Part shown: positions 25,575 through 36,199 of the stretch, piece after piece
How positions within the stretch are numbered: position 1 is the stretch's first letter
Layout: every line of letters begins with the position of its first letter
From: Ginkgo biloba
Lineage: Eukaryota > Plantae > Ginkgophyta
Assembly (NCBI GenBank): GCA_024626585.2
Contig: JANKJI020000001.1
Coordinates: 15,363,639 to 15,410,486, forward strand
Reading direction: 5' to 3'
DNA length: 46,848 bases
Program-made: the position numbers and the translations under genes
Notes under the pieces: generated by a model
The model's input: only the letters and a program-made list of their open reading frames with translations
The model's database searches: none
What the model was told of the DNA's origin: nothing

Positions 25575-26000
25575 NNNNNNNNNNNNNNNNNNNNNNNNNN
25601 NNNNNNNNNNNNNNNNNNNNNNNNNNNNNNNNNNNNNNNNNNNNNNNNNNNNNNNNNNNNNNNNNNNNNNNNNNTAAGAGCATTTGATAAATATCTTTTG
25701 AAAAGAAAAGTATAACAAACCCTCACTACATGCAAAGTACAAATAAAAACTGAAAAAATCCACCAATTTCTTGGAAAGAAAGAATGTTGGGCCAAGTCTC
25801 GAATGCCCAGAATGCATACATAACTTGCTAACTACGAAAATATTAATAATCCAAAAGATCTAATAACAAATCTTTACATTACATAAAAATAGTACCGAAC
25901 ACATATTTCTTTAAAACTTGCAACAAATGTATTTTTGGCCTAAGTGGACATTACTTTATCTCATTTCATTTCATTCTGCATAGAAAGGATGAAAATGTAC

Positions 26001-26119
26001 CTGCGCCATGAGGCTGGACTTTCCCATGCCCCATTCGCCCAATATGCCCACAGCAATCGGAGATTTTACATAAGGATTCAAAAACAATGCGGCTAAACCA
26101 TTGGCGAAGTCACTTCTTC
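26001..26119 (-). CDS. Exon: KAP-family P-loop NTPase N-terminus with Walker A (GEWGMGKS)
   Basis: 119-nt exon flanked by gaatag| and |gtacat, translating GRSDFANGLAALFLNPYVKSPIAVGILGEWGMGKSSLMAQ. Walker A at 26,016-26,039; no stops. Confidence 0.9.
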
Positions 26120-26231
26120 CTATTCCACATAACATCATTCATAATATTACTATTTATGAAAGTAAGCAGAGAATTGCATCTCGTGTTATTTTATCATGAC
26201 AGATTAGTAATCAATAAATCTAGATTCTTAC

Positions 26232-26315
26232 CAAGATTGTCGGTTAATGCTGGCTGGTCAGTTCTATTTTCGGCAATCTTGTCAATACGCTCCATATGCT
26301 CCATATACTCCAAAA
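26232..26315 (-). CDS. Exon: linker into the KAP NTPase (VLEYMEHMERIDKIAENRTDQPALTDNLG)
   Basis: 84-nt phase-1/phase-1 exon flanked by tttctcag| and |gtaaga; carries the D.P...D.LG motif that precedes the KAP Walker A helix. Confidence 0.85.
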
Positions 26316-26610
26316 CTGAGAAACAATTGACGTTATTTTACAAAACTGACGAAAAAGATCTGCTTGATATTCAACGAGTAAGCTTGATCGGGCCGTAGGA
26401 AGATATTTTAATGCACTTGATCGGATATCAGGAATTTGTCTAGGAGTAGTTTCAGCCCAGGCACGAATTCACACGTGTCCTTTCCCCTCTTGGGTTGATT
26501 CATTTGGTGGTAAGACATTGAGTCATACGTTAGGCCCCGTGGGTTTTACAAACTTGGTATGCTCTTCTGTTGAAATATAAACAGAAAGACGAGGACTGGA
26601 AGCAACGTAC

Positions 26611-28320
26611 CTTTGTGAACATTTTCTTTTTCTTTCTCTGACAAACTACTTTTCCATGTGGAATTATCAATGTCAGCAATCTCTCCACCTCTGGTAAGAA
26701 GCTCCTGTGTCATCTCTGTATCGCCTAATTTTGCAGCCGTTTTCAGCAAATTGTTTGTGTCCTTTTCCATTGTTGTTTTACTTTTTTCATCCAAAAAAAG
26801 TTTTTGAGGTCACCCTCCCTTAAGCTCTCTTCTGCGGTACCGATGCCAGCTGCCGAAGCCCACAGCAAAAGGGATTTCTCCTCGTCGGACTCGCATTTGT
26901 CCAATATTAATTTGGCTATTTCGATTGCAACTTTTTCGTTTTCCACCTGCACTACGTAATGTAGTGCCGTTTTCCCATCACAATCGCGCTCTGCTAGCGG
27001 CCGGGCTCCATTATCTAATAGTGTTTTCACAGTTTCCTTGTGGCCTTCAATTGCGGCCTTATGCAGAGCAGTTTGCCCAAGAAAGTCTGCTCTCTTGACA
27101 TAATTTTCTAGAGTTACTCATTTTTAAAGTAGTTGTTTCACCATTTTTTTGTTGCCACTTGTGAAAACTATGTGTAATAGCATCTTTCAATTATAGTCTC
27201 ACATATCATACTCTGAAGATCCTTGAAGAAATAGGTCTACAAATTTTGTGTTCCCTCCCACAACTGCATAGTATAGACACCCTTGACCATCTCGATCCTT
27301 GATATCACCCAGTTTTACGTTCTGACTAAGAATATCCTCACATAGACTTTCATTTCCTAGAAAAGATGCAACGTGAAGAGGAGTTCTTTCATATTTATCG
27401 CATGTAGCTAATGCATCTCTTTCTTCACATTTTTTCAATAGTGCATCTACCAACTCTTTAACTATACCCTACTCCTTCCATTCAATGACATAGTGCAATG
27501 CTATTTTCCTGTCATTATCTTGGTCTAGCGATGATACTCCTCTGTCTAAAAGTTTTTTTATGAGATCGATATGTTGTCTACATATTGACTCATGTAGGAT
27601 CTCATGAAGTTCCATCTTTTCAAAATAGGCTTCTAGTTGTTTTGATACTGAAAGAAACTTTGTCACTATTCCTACATTGGAAATGGGTTGGAGGGTCGCC
27701 TTTTCCATAGGGCTAAGCCCCTTACATCCTTTTGAATCAATAGTATTTTCAGAGCTATAGTAAATCAACAAATCAATAATATTTTTGTAATCACCATTTA
27801 TTTCATTCATCATTGCATCAGGATCCATAGTTTCTCTAAAATGAAGTAGCAACTCACACATACGAGATTTCTCATAATTGCACCCCACGTGAAGAGCACT
27901 ATGTTTTCTTTCACTCTATGCTCTCGCCAAGCTCTCGCTTGTACAATGTTTATTGAAAAGAATTTATACATCTACTGATACTTCATGTTACTCTCCACAA
28001 GATATTAGATCCATGAAAGATGCAAAGATTGACAATGACTCTATGGAAGTAGGGCAATGTGTTGTGACTTTAAGATCTAACCGATTTGGCACATTTAGAA
28101 AATTTACCACAGGTCCTATGGGAAGTCAACGAATGATAATGTCTTCAAACTCATGAGGTTTGTTTGAATCCATCAGTTTCTTTTTGCATTCTCTAAGAGG
28201 CCTCTCACTTTTTAACTCTTTTTTCTTATCTTCCTTCACACCATGCAACTCTGCACAACATTCCTTACTGTAGTCAAGATAAGAAAAAATAAAAATTGCA
28301 TCTACTTCTTCTTTGCCTCT
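26611..28320 (-). pseudogene. Long ankyrin-repeat exon (about 9-11 repeats) of a KIDINS220-like ankyrin-KAP NTPase gene; disrupted
   Basis: A single frame links the ORF-track pieces: SALHVGC, IALHYVI, DKYERTPLHVASFLGN, DRDGQGCLYYAVVGGN, DFLGQTALHKAAIEGH, DCDGKTALHYVV, NLLKTAAKLGD. Nine in-frame stops between about 28,140 and 27,118 and one frameshift in a 7-base homopolymer (26,793-26,799). Donor AAAG|gtacgt at 26,611/26,610. 5' boundary uncertain (possible acceptor at 28,251). Confidence 0.9.
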
Positions 28321-28339
28321 ATCCTATCATTTTGGGGTA

Positions 28340-29039
28340 GGAGACATATCATAAACTAAACTTAAGTCTCCTCTTTTTCTTATGGAAGAGATTCATCTAA
28401 ACCTAATTCCCTCAACTTGTATGATTTTCTTTTATTCACATATGCACCAACATCATTGCCTACCCATACTTCTTGCTTCCCCTTCAAGGAACTAGAACCA
28501 AATTTGGCATTGTCACAACTATTGCCTCCTAGTTGCTTGTAATCATCGACCATATCTTCTTCATCATGGGAATAATAATCTTCATCATCATCATCATCAT
28601 TATTATAACCTTCGTCTTTACCTATGAAGCTATTTTCTTCTTTATTTAGTTGTTCATTGAGCTCCCTATCTAGTTCTTCTTCTTCGTCGAGAGGATCCAG
28701 TTTAGGGAATTCATCTTCTTAAATCCATAACTAGTGAGGTTCATCCCACTCTACTAGATCTTTATTTTCCATTTTCTCTTCTTCATTGACTTCTTCTACT
28801 ACACAATTTTCAACTATGGACTCCTTGTTTGTATTCTCGGCCTCCTTGTCCTTCTCTTCTTCTTCATCAAGAAGATATTCCAACTGTTCTTCTTCAAGAT
28901 TTTCATATTCTGATTTATTTTCTTTATCATAAGTCTCATATCCTTCATTGAGTTGTTTATCCTCTATAACCACTTCCTCATCTAGTTCTTCATCCAATTT
29001 TTCATCATCATCTTCTTCAACAATATACTCTACAAACTT
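28340..29039 (-). pseudogene. Glu/Asp-rich low-complexity coding-like region upstream of the ankyrin exon
   Basis: One frame of about 220 codons with few stops (EELDEEVVIEDK...NNDDDDDEDYYSHDEE...); one frameshift separates it from the ankyrin frame. Origin (gene N-terminus or retroelement) unresolved. Confidence 0.5.
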
Positions 29040-30569
29040 NNNNNNNNNNNNNNNNNNNNNNNNNNNNNNNNNNNNNNNNNNNNNNNNNNNNNNNNNNNNN
29101 NNNNNNNNNNNNNNNNNNNNNNNNNNNNNNNNNNNNNNNNNNNNNNNNNNNNNNNNNNNNNNNNNNNNNNNNNNNNNNNNNNNNNNNNNNNNNNNNNNNN
29201 NNNNNNNNNNNNNNNNNNNNNNNNNNNNNNNNNNNNNNNNNNNNNNNNNNNNNNNNNNNNNNNNNNNNNNNNNNNNNNNNNNNNNNNNNNNNNNNNNNNN
29301 NNNNNNNNNNNNNNNNNNNNNNNNNNNGGCTCTTGGTCATATTAATTAAAAGGTGGTTACATTATATAACTAAAAATAAAATGAGACATACACATTTGAA
29401 ACAACTAACTCGCAATGCTGAGACAAAAGGGCATGTAAAGGTGGCAAATTAAGAAGCATAGTTGTAATATTGAAATACTTTTATCAAATGGTACATGGAT
29501 CACGGACATCATATTAGTGTAGGTATGGATTCCATTGTGTGGCCTTGCTTCCTTTTTCAGTTTTCATTGGTGTTTGTAGTTGCATCTTTTCCCTATTAGT
29601 CGACTCGAGATTTCCTTCGTTGGCATCCTCGTCTCCTTGCTTGATATAGGATTTCCATTCCCCATGGCACTAATGGTATTGTTGTTGGCATAATATATGT
29701 GTAGTCTAGATATGTCATGCATGGAGGGCATGTTCGTAGTGAAGATAGTTATTGGGATCTACAAATGGATTCTCTCCAAACTAATGATAATAGTTAGGAG
29801 GGACAAATTCCACAACCTATGGATAAAATATACTCCTCCTTTTAGGGGGAAATGACATGGTCCCTTAGGGGATGCTTACTGAAATATAACTTCCTTAAAA
29901 AGTAAATGATGAGTAATGTGACAAACTCCATAGTATGGGTAAATTAGCATATTAATGTTGTGTTGGATGAGCATATGGGCCTAATTCTCATTCAAGAAAA
30001 TTGGTTCCTAGGATTAATTTAGATTTTCCTCCTTAAATGTTGGGTTTATAAACCAGAAATTTCCATTAAAGGTATTCTTACCCTAAGAAGTAGAAGGAAG
30101 TGGTTCTTTCACTTTTATTAGGTCCTAATCACCTTGAATAATACCCAAGACACATTCTATTTTTATAATGAAGTACACTTACATTAAAATTTCATATCAA
30201 CTTAAAAGGAACAAATAAATATTACTTTCACAATATTTAAATATAAGAGGTAAATACGAAGAGAAATTATTACTAAAGCTTCACACTTGATTTCATTGTT
30301 ACACTATGTATAAATGTACAATTGTACATATTTGTAGAAAAAATATAACATCATGGATTATAACTAACACATCGCCCAACTTAACACAAAAATAAGCATG
30401 GCACAATTATCAACATATCACTAACTATGGATAAAACTAAGAAACCTAAAATTTGACATTAACTCTAACACTCTCACTTAATGATAACTTATTTAACACA
30501 CAATATTTATTAACTCAATATGGGTCTTGGATACCACTCTTGGTATTACACCTAATTAGGTACCCATTT

Positions 30570-32025
30570 ACATTCAACATTTACATGTTTACATATTCAT
30601 CATGGTTGCATAGTCAACTTTCTTTGTGCTTCTTGAATCTAGTCTCCAACTTGATCATTTACCTATGTTTGTCCCTGTAATTCAGCAAACCACCATACAA
30701 TAAACCACATAAACAGGATCATCTTCAGATGGCAAAGATCGTCACTTGTTCAAACTGTTCTTTCTTTTGCAATCTTGACCACTTCCTTCCATGCGTCAAC
30801 TTTGACATGTGGCTACTTATCAAGCAACCATACTATCATACCTACAGATTAACTCCTACAACAACACACCCTTTTGTGGGAAACTTCGTTCTTTGTAAAC
30901 AACATTGCACTCATTATTTGTAGAAAACACTTTATTAAACAACTGAATCCATTAATTATGGTCTACAACAAACATTTATCCTTCTCAAACACTCATGGCT
31001 TTTGTTCACTGTCAATCTACCCCTAATCTTCTCTAGTGGTAATAACAACTTAGGTTTTTCCACTTCACTAATGTAATCTATCTATCTGCATGAAAAATAA
31101 TAAACTTTCTCCTTCCTTGAGAAGTTACGAGGCTAAGAAACTTTCTCTTTGAGGAGTTATAATCATACGCAATCATTTTTCTTCAATAAGAATTTCATAA
31201 GAAATAATCTTTAATTAGGCATATAAANNNNNNNNNNNNNNNNNNNNNNNNNNNNNNNNNNNNNNNNNNNNNNNNNNNNNNNNNNNNNNNNNNNNNNNNN
31301 NNNNNNNNNNNNNNNNNNNNNNNNNNNTTTTTCACATAACATTTGAATGTTTACTCATTCATCATGGATGCATAGTCAACATTCTTTGTGCTAATTGAAT
31401 TAGGTCTCCAACTTGGTCTTGTACCTATGTTTGTACATATAATTTAGTGAACCAGTATGTAATAAAACACAAAAATAATACCATTTTTAGATGGAAAATA
31501 TTGTCAACTATTCAAACTATTTCAACAACCTAAGAATGAATTCAATTTTCAATATTGAAGCACCATAATCTTGTGGGTATTCCCACTTTGTACAAACCTT
31601 GGCCACCTCATTCCATATGTCAACCTTGATGTGTGGCTACTTACCAAGCCACCATACCAAAATACATACATACTAACTTATAAAACAATACACCCCTTTA
31701 TGGGTAACAATGTACTCATGCTTTATGGACAACACTGCTCAAACAACTATATCCATTAAATATTCTTCAAATCATGGTATGAAATAAACACTTAGACTTG
31801 TAAAGAACTCACTATTTCTATTCACCATCAATGCACCACCAATATTCTCTAGTGATGACAACAGCTTGGATTTTTTACTTCATCAATATACTCTTCCTAT
31901 TTATACAAAAAATAATAAACTCTCTCCTTTCTTAAGGAATTACAAGGATACATTTTTTTTTCCTTATTTGATGAGTTACAAGCAATATACTCACCTCTTT
32001 GCAATGAGGATTTCACAAAAAAATA
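30570..32025. repeat. Diverged tandem duplication of about 630-690 bp (30,570-31,205 and 31,335-32,025) either side of a gap
   Basis: Shared blocks such as CATTCATCATGGWTGCATAGTCAAC, TGTGGCTACTTAYCAAGC and AAAAATAATAAACTYTCTCCTT; many substitutions and indels. Confidence 0.85.
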
Positions 32026-32827
32026 NNNNNNNNNNNNNNNNNNNNNNNNNNNNNNNNNNNNNNNNNCTTCATATTTCAACCATGGATCAAATTTATCACA
32101 AAACATTGAACCGTGCTCAACCTATAATCACTCATAGAAAATATCATCATATATTCTTAGAGACCTCATAAAACATTACACTTTAAACAAATTTTCTTAA
32201 ATCTTATTCTTCAAATATGCACTAATAATCATTCACAACCAACCATAAACATACTATAGCATCAAAAAATTAAATTATAACTCTTGCTTCAATCAAAATA
32301 CTAAAGAGCTTATTTACCAAGCACACATAACTTCTTTCATAATTCAAAATGTGATGAGTTATCATGAAACACTTAATAACCAAAAACTTATTAATGAAAT
32401 GCAAATTTGAGGAGAAAGAAACTTAAAACCTTTCTTCAATATATTACCATTATGTACATCCACTGACAACTTAACCTTTGAAGATAACAAATAGTAAGAA
32501 ACTCTTACATTTTTTCTCAACTATTTCCATACTTGATAATTCATCTAACCATATATGATCTTTATTGGGGTTGATGGATAGTAGATTATTTTTTGAGTTT
32601 ATGAATTTTCATAATTCTATAATTTTTTTGTCACTCTTTGATGTTGATGAGGTCTTGTCACATAACTTGTCTTTTGATTTTGATTTTGATTTGCTTTGCA
32701 TTTTATTCTCTTGAAATTCCTTTCTATTCTACTCTCTTGATTGTTGGATTTTATAAAAGTGATTTTTAGGTCTTCTTTCTTGCAACTTATCTTTTTCATC
32801 CTTTTGAATTGATTTATTTAGATCACT

Positions 32828-32947
32828 AAAACCAAGGCCTACATTCTTTGGCCTTATTTTCATTTCAGTCAGAATTGTTATTCCTTGCTCATTATTTCCT
32901 ATTCCTCCTCCTTTGTAACCAATATTTTCTAGAAATATCATCCCAAT
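32828..32947 (-). pseudogene. G-patch domain, probably retroelement-associated
   Basis: IGMIFLENIGYKGGGIGNNEQGITILTEMKIRPKNVGLGF matches the G-patch pattern G..hh..hG...G.GhG...QG...........GhG. Confidence 0.85.
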
Positions 32948-33279
32948 AATTTTTATTTGTTTCTCAACACTATCAAGCATAAGGGGAATTCTACCCAATA
33001 AACCCCAAAGTGGGAATCCATAATAGATAAGTCTCCTTCTTAGTCCTTTGAATAATTTAGGTATAAGTGCTTAAGATTCAAATCCTTGATTTGGTACCAT
33101 TCCACTAATAAGATAAAAGGTCATCATTTAAAGAGAACAAGTAAATTTAGTCAGAACAAAAAAAAAACTTAGGAAAATATAAAGGGTAGAAGAAATAAGA
33201 GAAAATTAAAAGGCAAAAGAAACATTCTAGTATTCCTACCCCTACCAATACCTCCAAAAACCTTGAGTAAATAATTACA

Positions 33280-34200
33280 TATTTAGATCCCAACACATAA
33301 AAAAATATTATAGTTATAGTGACTCCTTATATGACACCTTTGAATGCCATCCTCTCTACCACCCTCCAATATATAACCATAAAAGTACCCCTCACTCAGT
33401 GGAGTCAAAATATTTTAGAAATAGATCCTTCCCTAAAGTCCATATTAATTGTCCCATCCATTTCATTAAATAAAGTTAAGGAGAAAAGAAAGGGTAATTT
33501 TAACCCATTTGTATATATCTTTGATGATGCCTTAACCACTAGATCAACTAGTCAACTGATCATTAATACAACCCAAGAATTGATCAAGAGGGTGGAAGAG
33601 TTAGAGATTAAGTTGAATCTCAAGATAATTAGGCCCAAAAAGATAAGATCTCCCTAAATGATAAACTTTATTTATTAATAAATGAGATTAGTAAGCTATA
33701 TGTCCTTCCTTTAGAGGATAAATCCACTTTGGCTATAGGAGTTCTAGCTAATATTCATCCATACATACATTTTCTTAAAAAAAAGGAATTGTCATTAAAA
33801 GAGATTCCCTCTCTCCCTCTAAGTGCAAAGGATAAAATATATCACCTCAATATGGAGGTTTGTTGACTTTAAGAAGAGTATAAAACCTCTTGATTTTTTT
33901 TTTAATATAAGGAATAATTCATAGAAAGGTTGTATAAGGATTTTGATCAAATTAAGAGATTGAAATTAGTCCTAGACCAATTTTTTGATACCATAAAAAG
34001 GAAAGATGTGACCCAGGCTAGGGAGTAGATTATGAAAGGCATTGAGAGTCCTTTAAGTGAAGAGAAACTTGTAGGTCCCTTATTATCAGAGTTAGTGATG
34101 TTGCACAAATAACTTACCATGAAAAGAGTAGTATTAGAAGAAAGATACTAGGATATCTCCAATATTGTGGATGCAAACCAAGGAGAAAGAAAATAAAATA
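33280..34200 (+). pseudogene. Unidentified coiled-coil ORF remnant (probable TE accessory ORF)
   Basis: 112-aa ORF at 33,319-33,657 and decayed E/K/L-rich continuation; homologous to 22,400-23,060. Confidence 0.45.
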
Positions 34201-35539
34201 TATTATATTAATAATACAGATAAATTACTTAATTTTAGTTTTAGGTCTCTAAAAGGAGGGGAGATTTATTTAATGAACAACTTAGATCAAACAAGTTAAT
34301 ATAGTAAGCCAAAATTTTGGAAAAGATGGTTGAGGTTTCTCTCATGAACACATTACAATTAATTAGATATTAAGACCAATATATTAGTAAAATAGTTCTA
34401 TAAATAAGTTCCATAACCTCCCTTCTTCAAAGAACAAGTCAAATTTAGTTGCAATTGGCTCATTTGATATGCAATAAAATTAGATATGGAATGACTTATC
34501 AAGGACCCCTTCCTCTTATGCATCTTCCTCCTTTAGAAATAGGAACTATAAAGGACCCATTGATGGTCACTGCACCTGATGAATTTCAAGTATCCTTATA
34601 CCTTCTTAGACCTCCCTTAGAGATTTAATTCCTTGAGCCATCAGGGAAGAAATAACACTAGGGAACAATAAGGATCCATTAATAGTCATAGCTCCTAGTG
34701 AAGCACCATCCACCCTAACTCATAATATGATTTATTTAGAAAAGTAGTTTCCTAAGGTAGTTAGGGAGGAAGTGGATTTAGGCTTACCTTAGGAAATATG
34801 ATCTCTCTATCTTCCCCCACACATCTAGGTCATATCAAGCAACTTCTAGAATCTATAGAGCCATTGATTGGTCAAGTGGAGATTCTCTCTAAAGATCCAT
34901 GAGGAGATATATATGTATAGACCATTACCCCCCTTTTTGTATCATTAGTTTAGGTCCCACCTAGCTCCACTAAATCCTTGATGATCCCCTTAGTGAAATA
35001 TGATCCTTCTATGTGTGAAATCAATGACACTAAAAAATAGGGGACAATCTCTTTAATTATCACTGTAGATTTTACTATCTCTTCACCAACTCAAAAAGGA
35101 AAATAATCCAAGAGAAACTCCACCCCCTGTCTTAGAGCCCCCTTGAGGACATAGGTTAGGTGATGATAAAAAATGGATAAGGGAATTTTCTTAAAATAAA
35201 ACATATAAAAATAGGTGACAAAATTATAATGAAAGGATTAAAAAGAATCTAGGCATGTCAGTGAACTATTTAAAAAGGAAAGAAGTATTTACTATCAATT
35301 ACCTAAATCTTCTAGTAGGAAATCTATCAAAGGAGATATATTTGATTATAAAATATTCTAGAGTCTTGTTTTATTTTTTTTTACCTCATTGTAATTTCAA
35401 GTGGGTTATCAAGGAGTAGGAGTTTTGGAGAATAGATCTAAAATAGAAGTCATTTTTATGTCATTTTAACTAAGAAAAGAGATTTTAGTCTTGTGTTTCT
35501 GTCTATGATGTAATATGAACCTTGTAACTTTTATTTTTT

Positions 35540-36150
35540 ATGAAATAAAATATTATTTTATTTCATATTCATTTAGTGATGCCATTGAATATTAGGAACA
35601 AATAATCTTTCATGCATTATTTTGTGTGAGTAGTCTAGTAATGTCATCTAATCATTTATGCGATAATGCACTCGATTCTTCTTCAGAGTTAAAGGATCTA
35701 GAATATACTCCTCCTAATTAATCCTATATTGATATTTTACTACATAAATTAGGGGTTTGGTCTTGNNNNNNNNNNNNNNNNNNNNNNNNNNNNNNNNNNN
35801 NNNNNNNNNNNNNNNNNNNNNNNNNNNNNNNNNNNNNNNNNNNNNNNNNNNNNNNNNNNNNNNNNGAGCTTTCAGCCTTTTGTTTTTGGCTATGCTATAA
35901 TACAATCCTTGTAATATCGGTTTTTCATGAAATGAAATATTATTTTTTTCATATTTATCTAGTGATGCCATTGAATATTAGGAATAAATGATATTTTATG
36001 AATTATTTTGTGTGAGTAGCCTAGTAATTCCATCTAATAAATTATGATACAATGCACTCAATTGTTTTTTTGGAGTTAAAGTATCCAAAATCTACTCTTC
36101 TTAATTAATCCTATATTGAGTTTTTACTATTGAAGTTAGGGGTTTGATAT
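35540..36150. repeat. Duplicated segment of about 220 bp across a gap (35,540-35,760 and 35,925-36,147)
   Basis: TAGTGATGCCATTGAATATTAGGAA, ATTATTTTGTGTGAGTAG and TAATTAATCCTATATTGA occur in both copies. Confidence 0.85.
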
Positions 36151-36199
36151 TATTGCTAGTGGAAAATTTATTTTCTCTTTATTATATGGAATTCCTTTT

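Noticed and set aside
26001-26119. NB-ARC/NLR interpretation of the Walker A
   Set aside because: NB-ARC reads G.GG.GKTT; GEWGMGKS preceded by D.LG...A..LA fits the KAP family.
26087-26398. 103-aa plus-strand ORF in the track
   Set aside because: Antisense shadow over the KAP exons and introns; no motif.
27953-28156. 67-aa plus-strand ORF in the track
   Set aside because: Antisense to the ankyrin frame; no independent support.
1921-35971. Many ORF-track entries containing runs of X
   Set aside because: Their length comes from read-through of N gaps.
30570-36150. Gap-flanking duplications as simple assembly overlaps
   Set aside because: Copies differ by many substitutions and indels, so they are distinct repeat copies, though their adjacency may still be a scaffolding effect.
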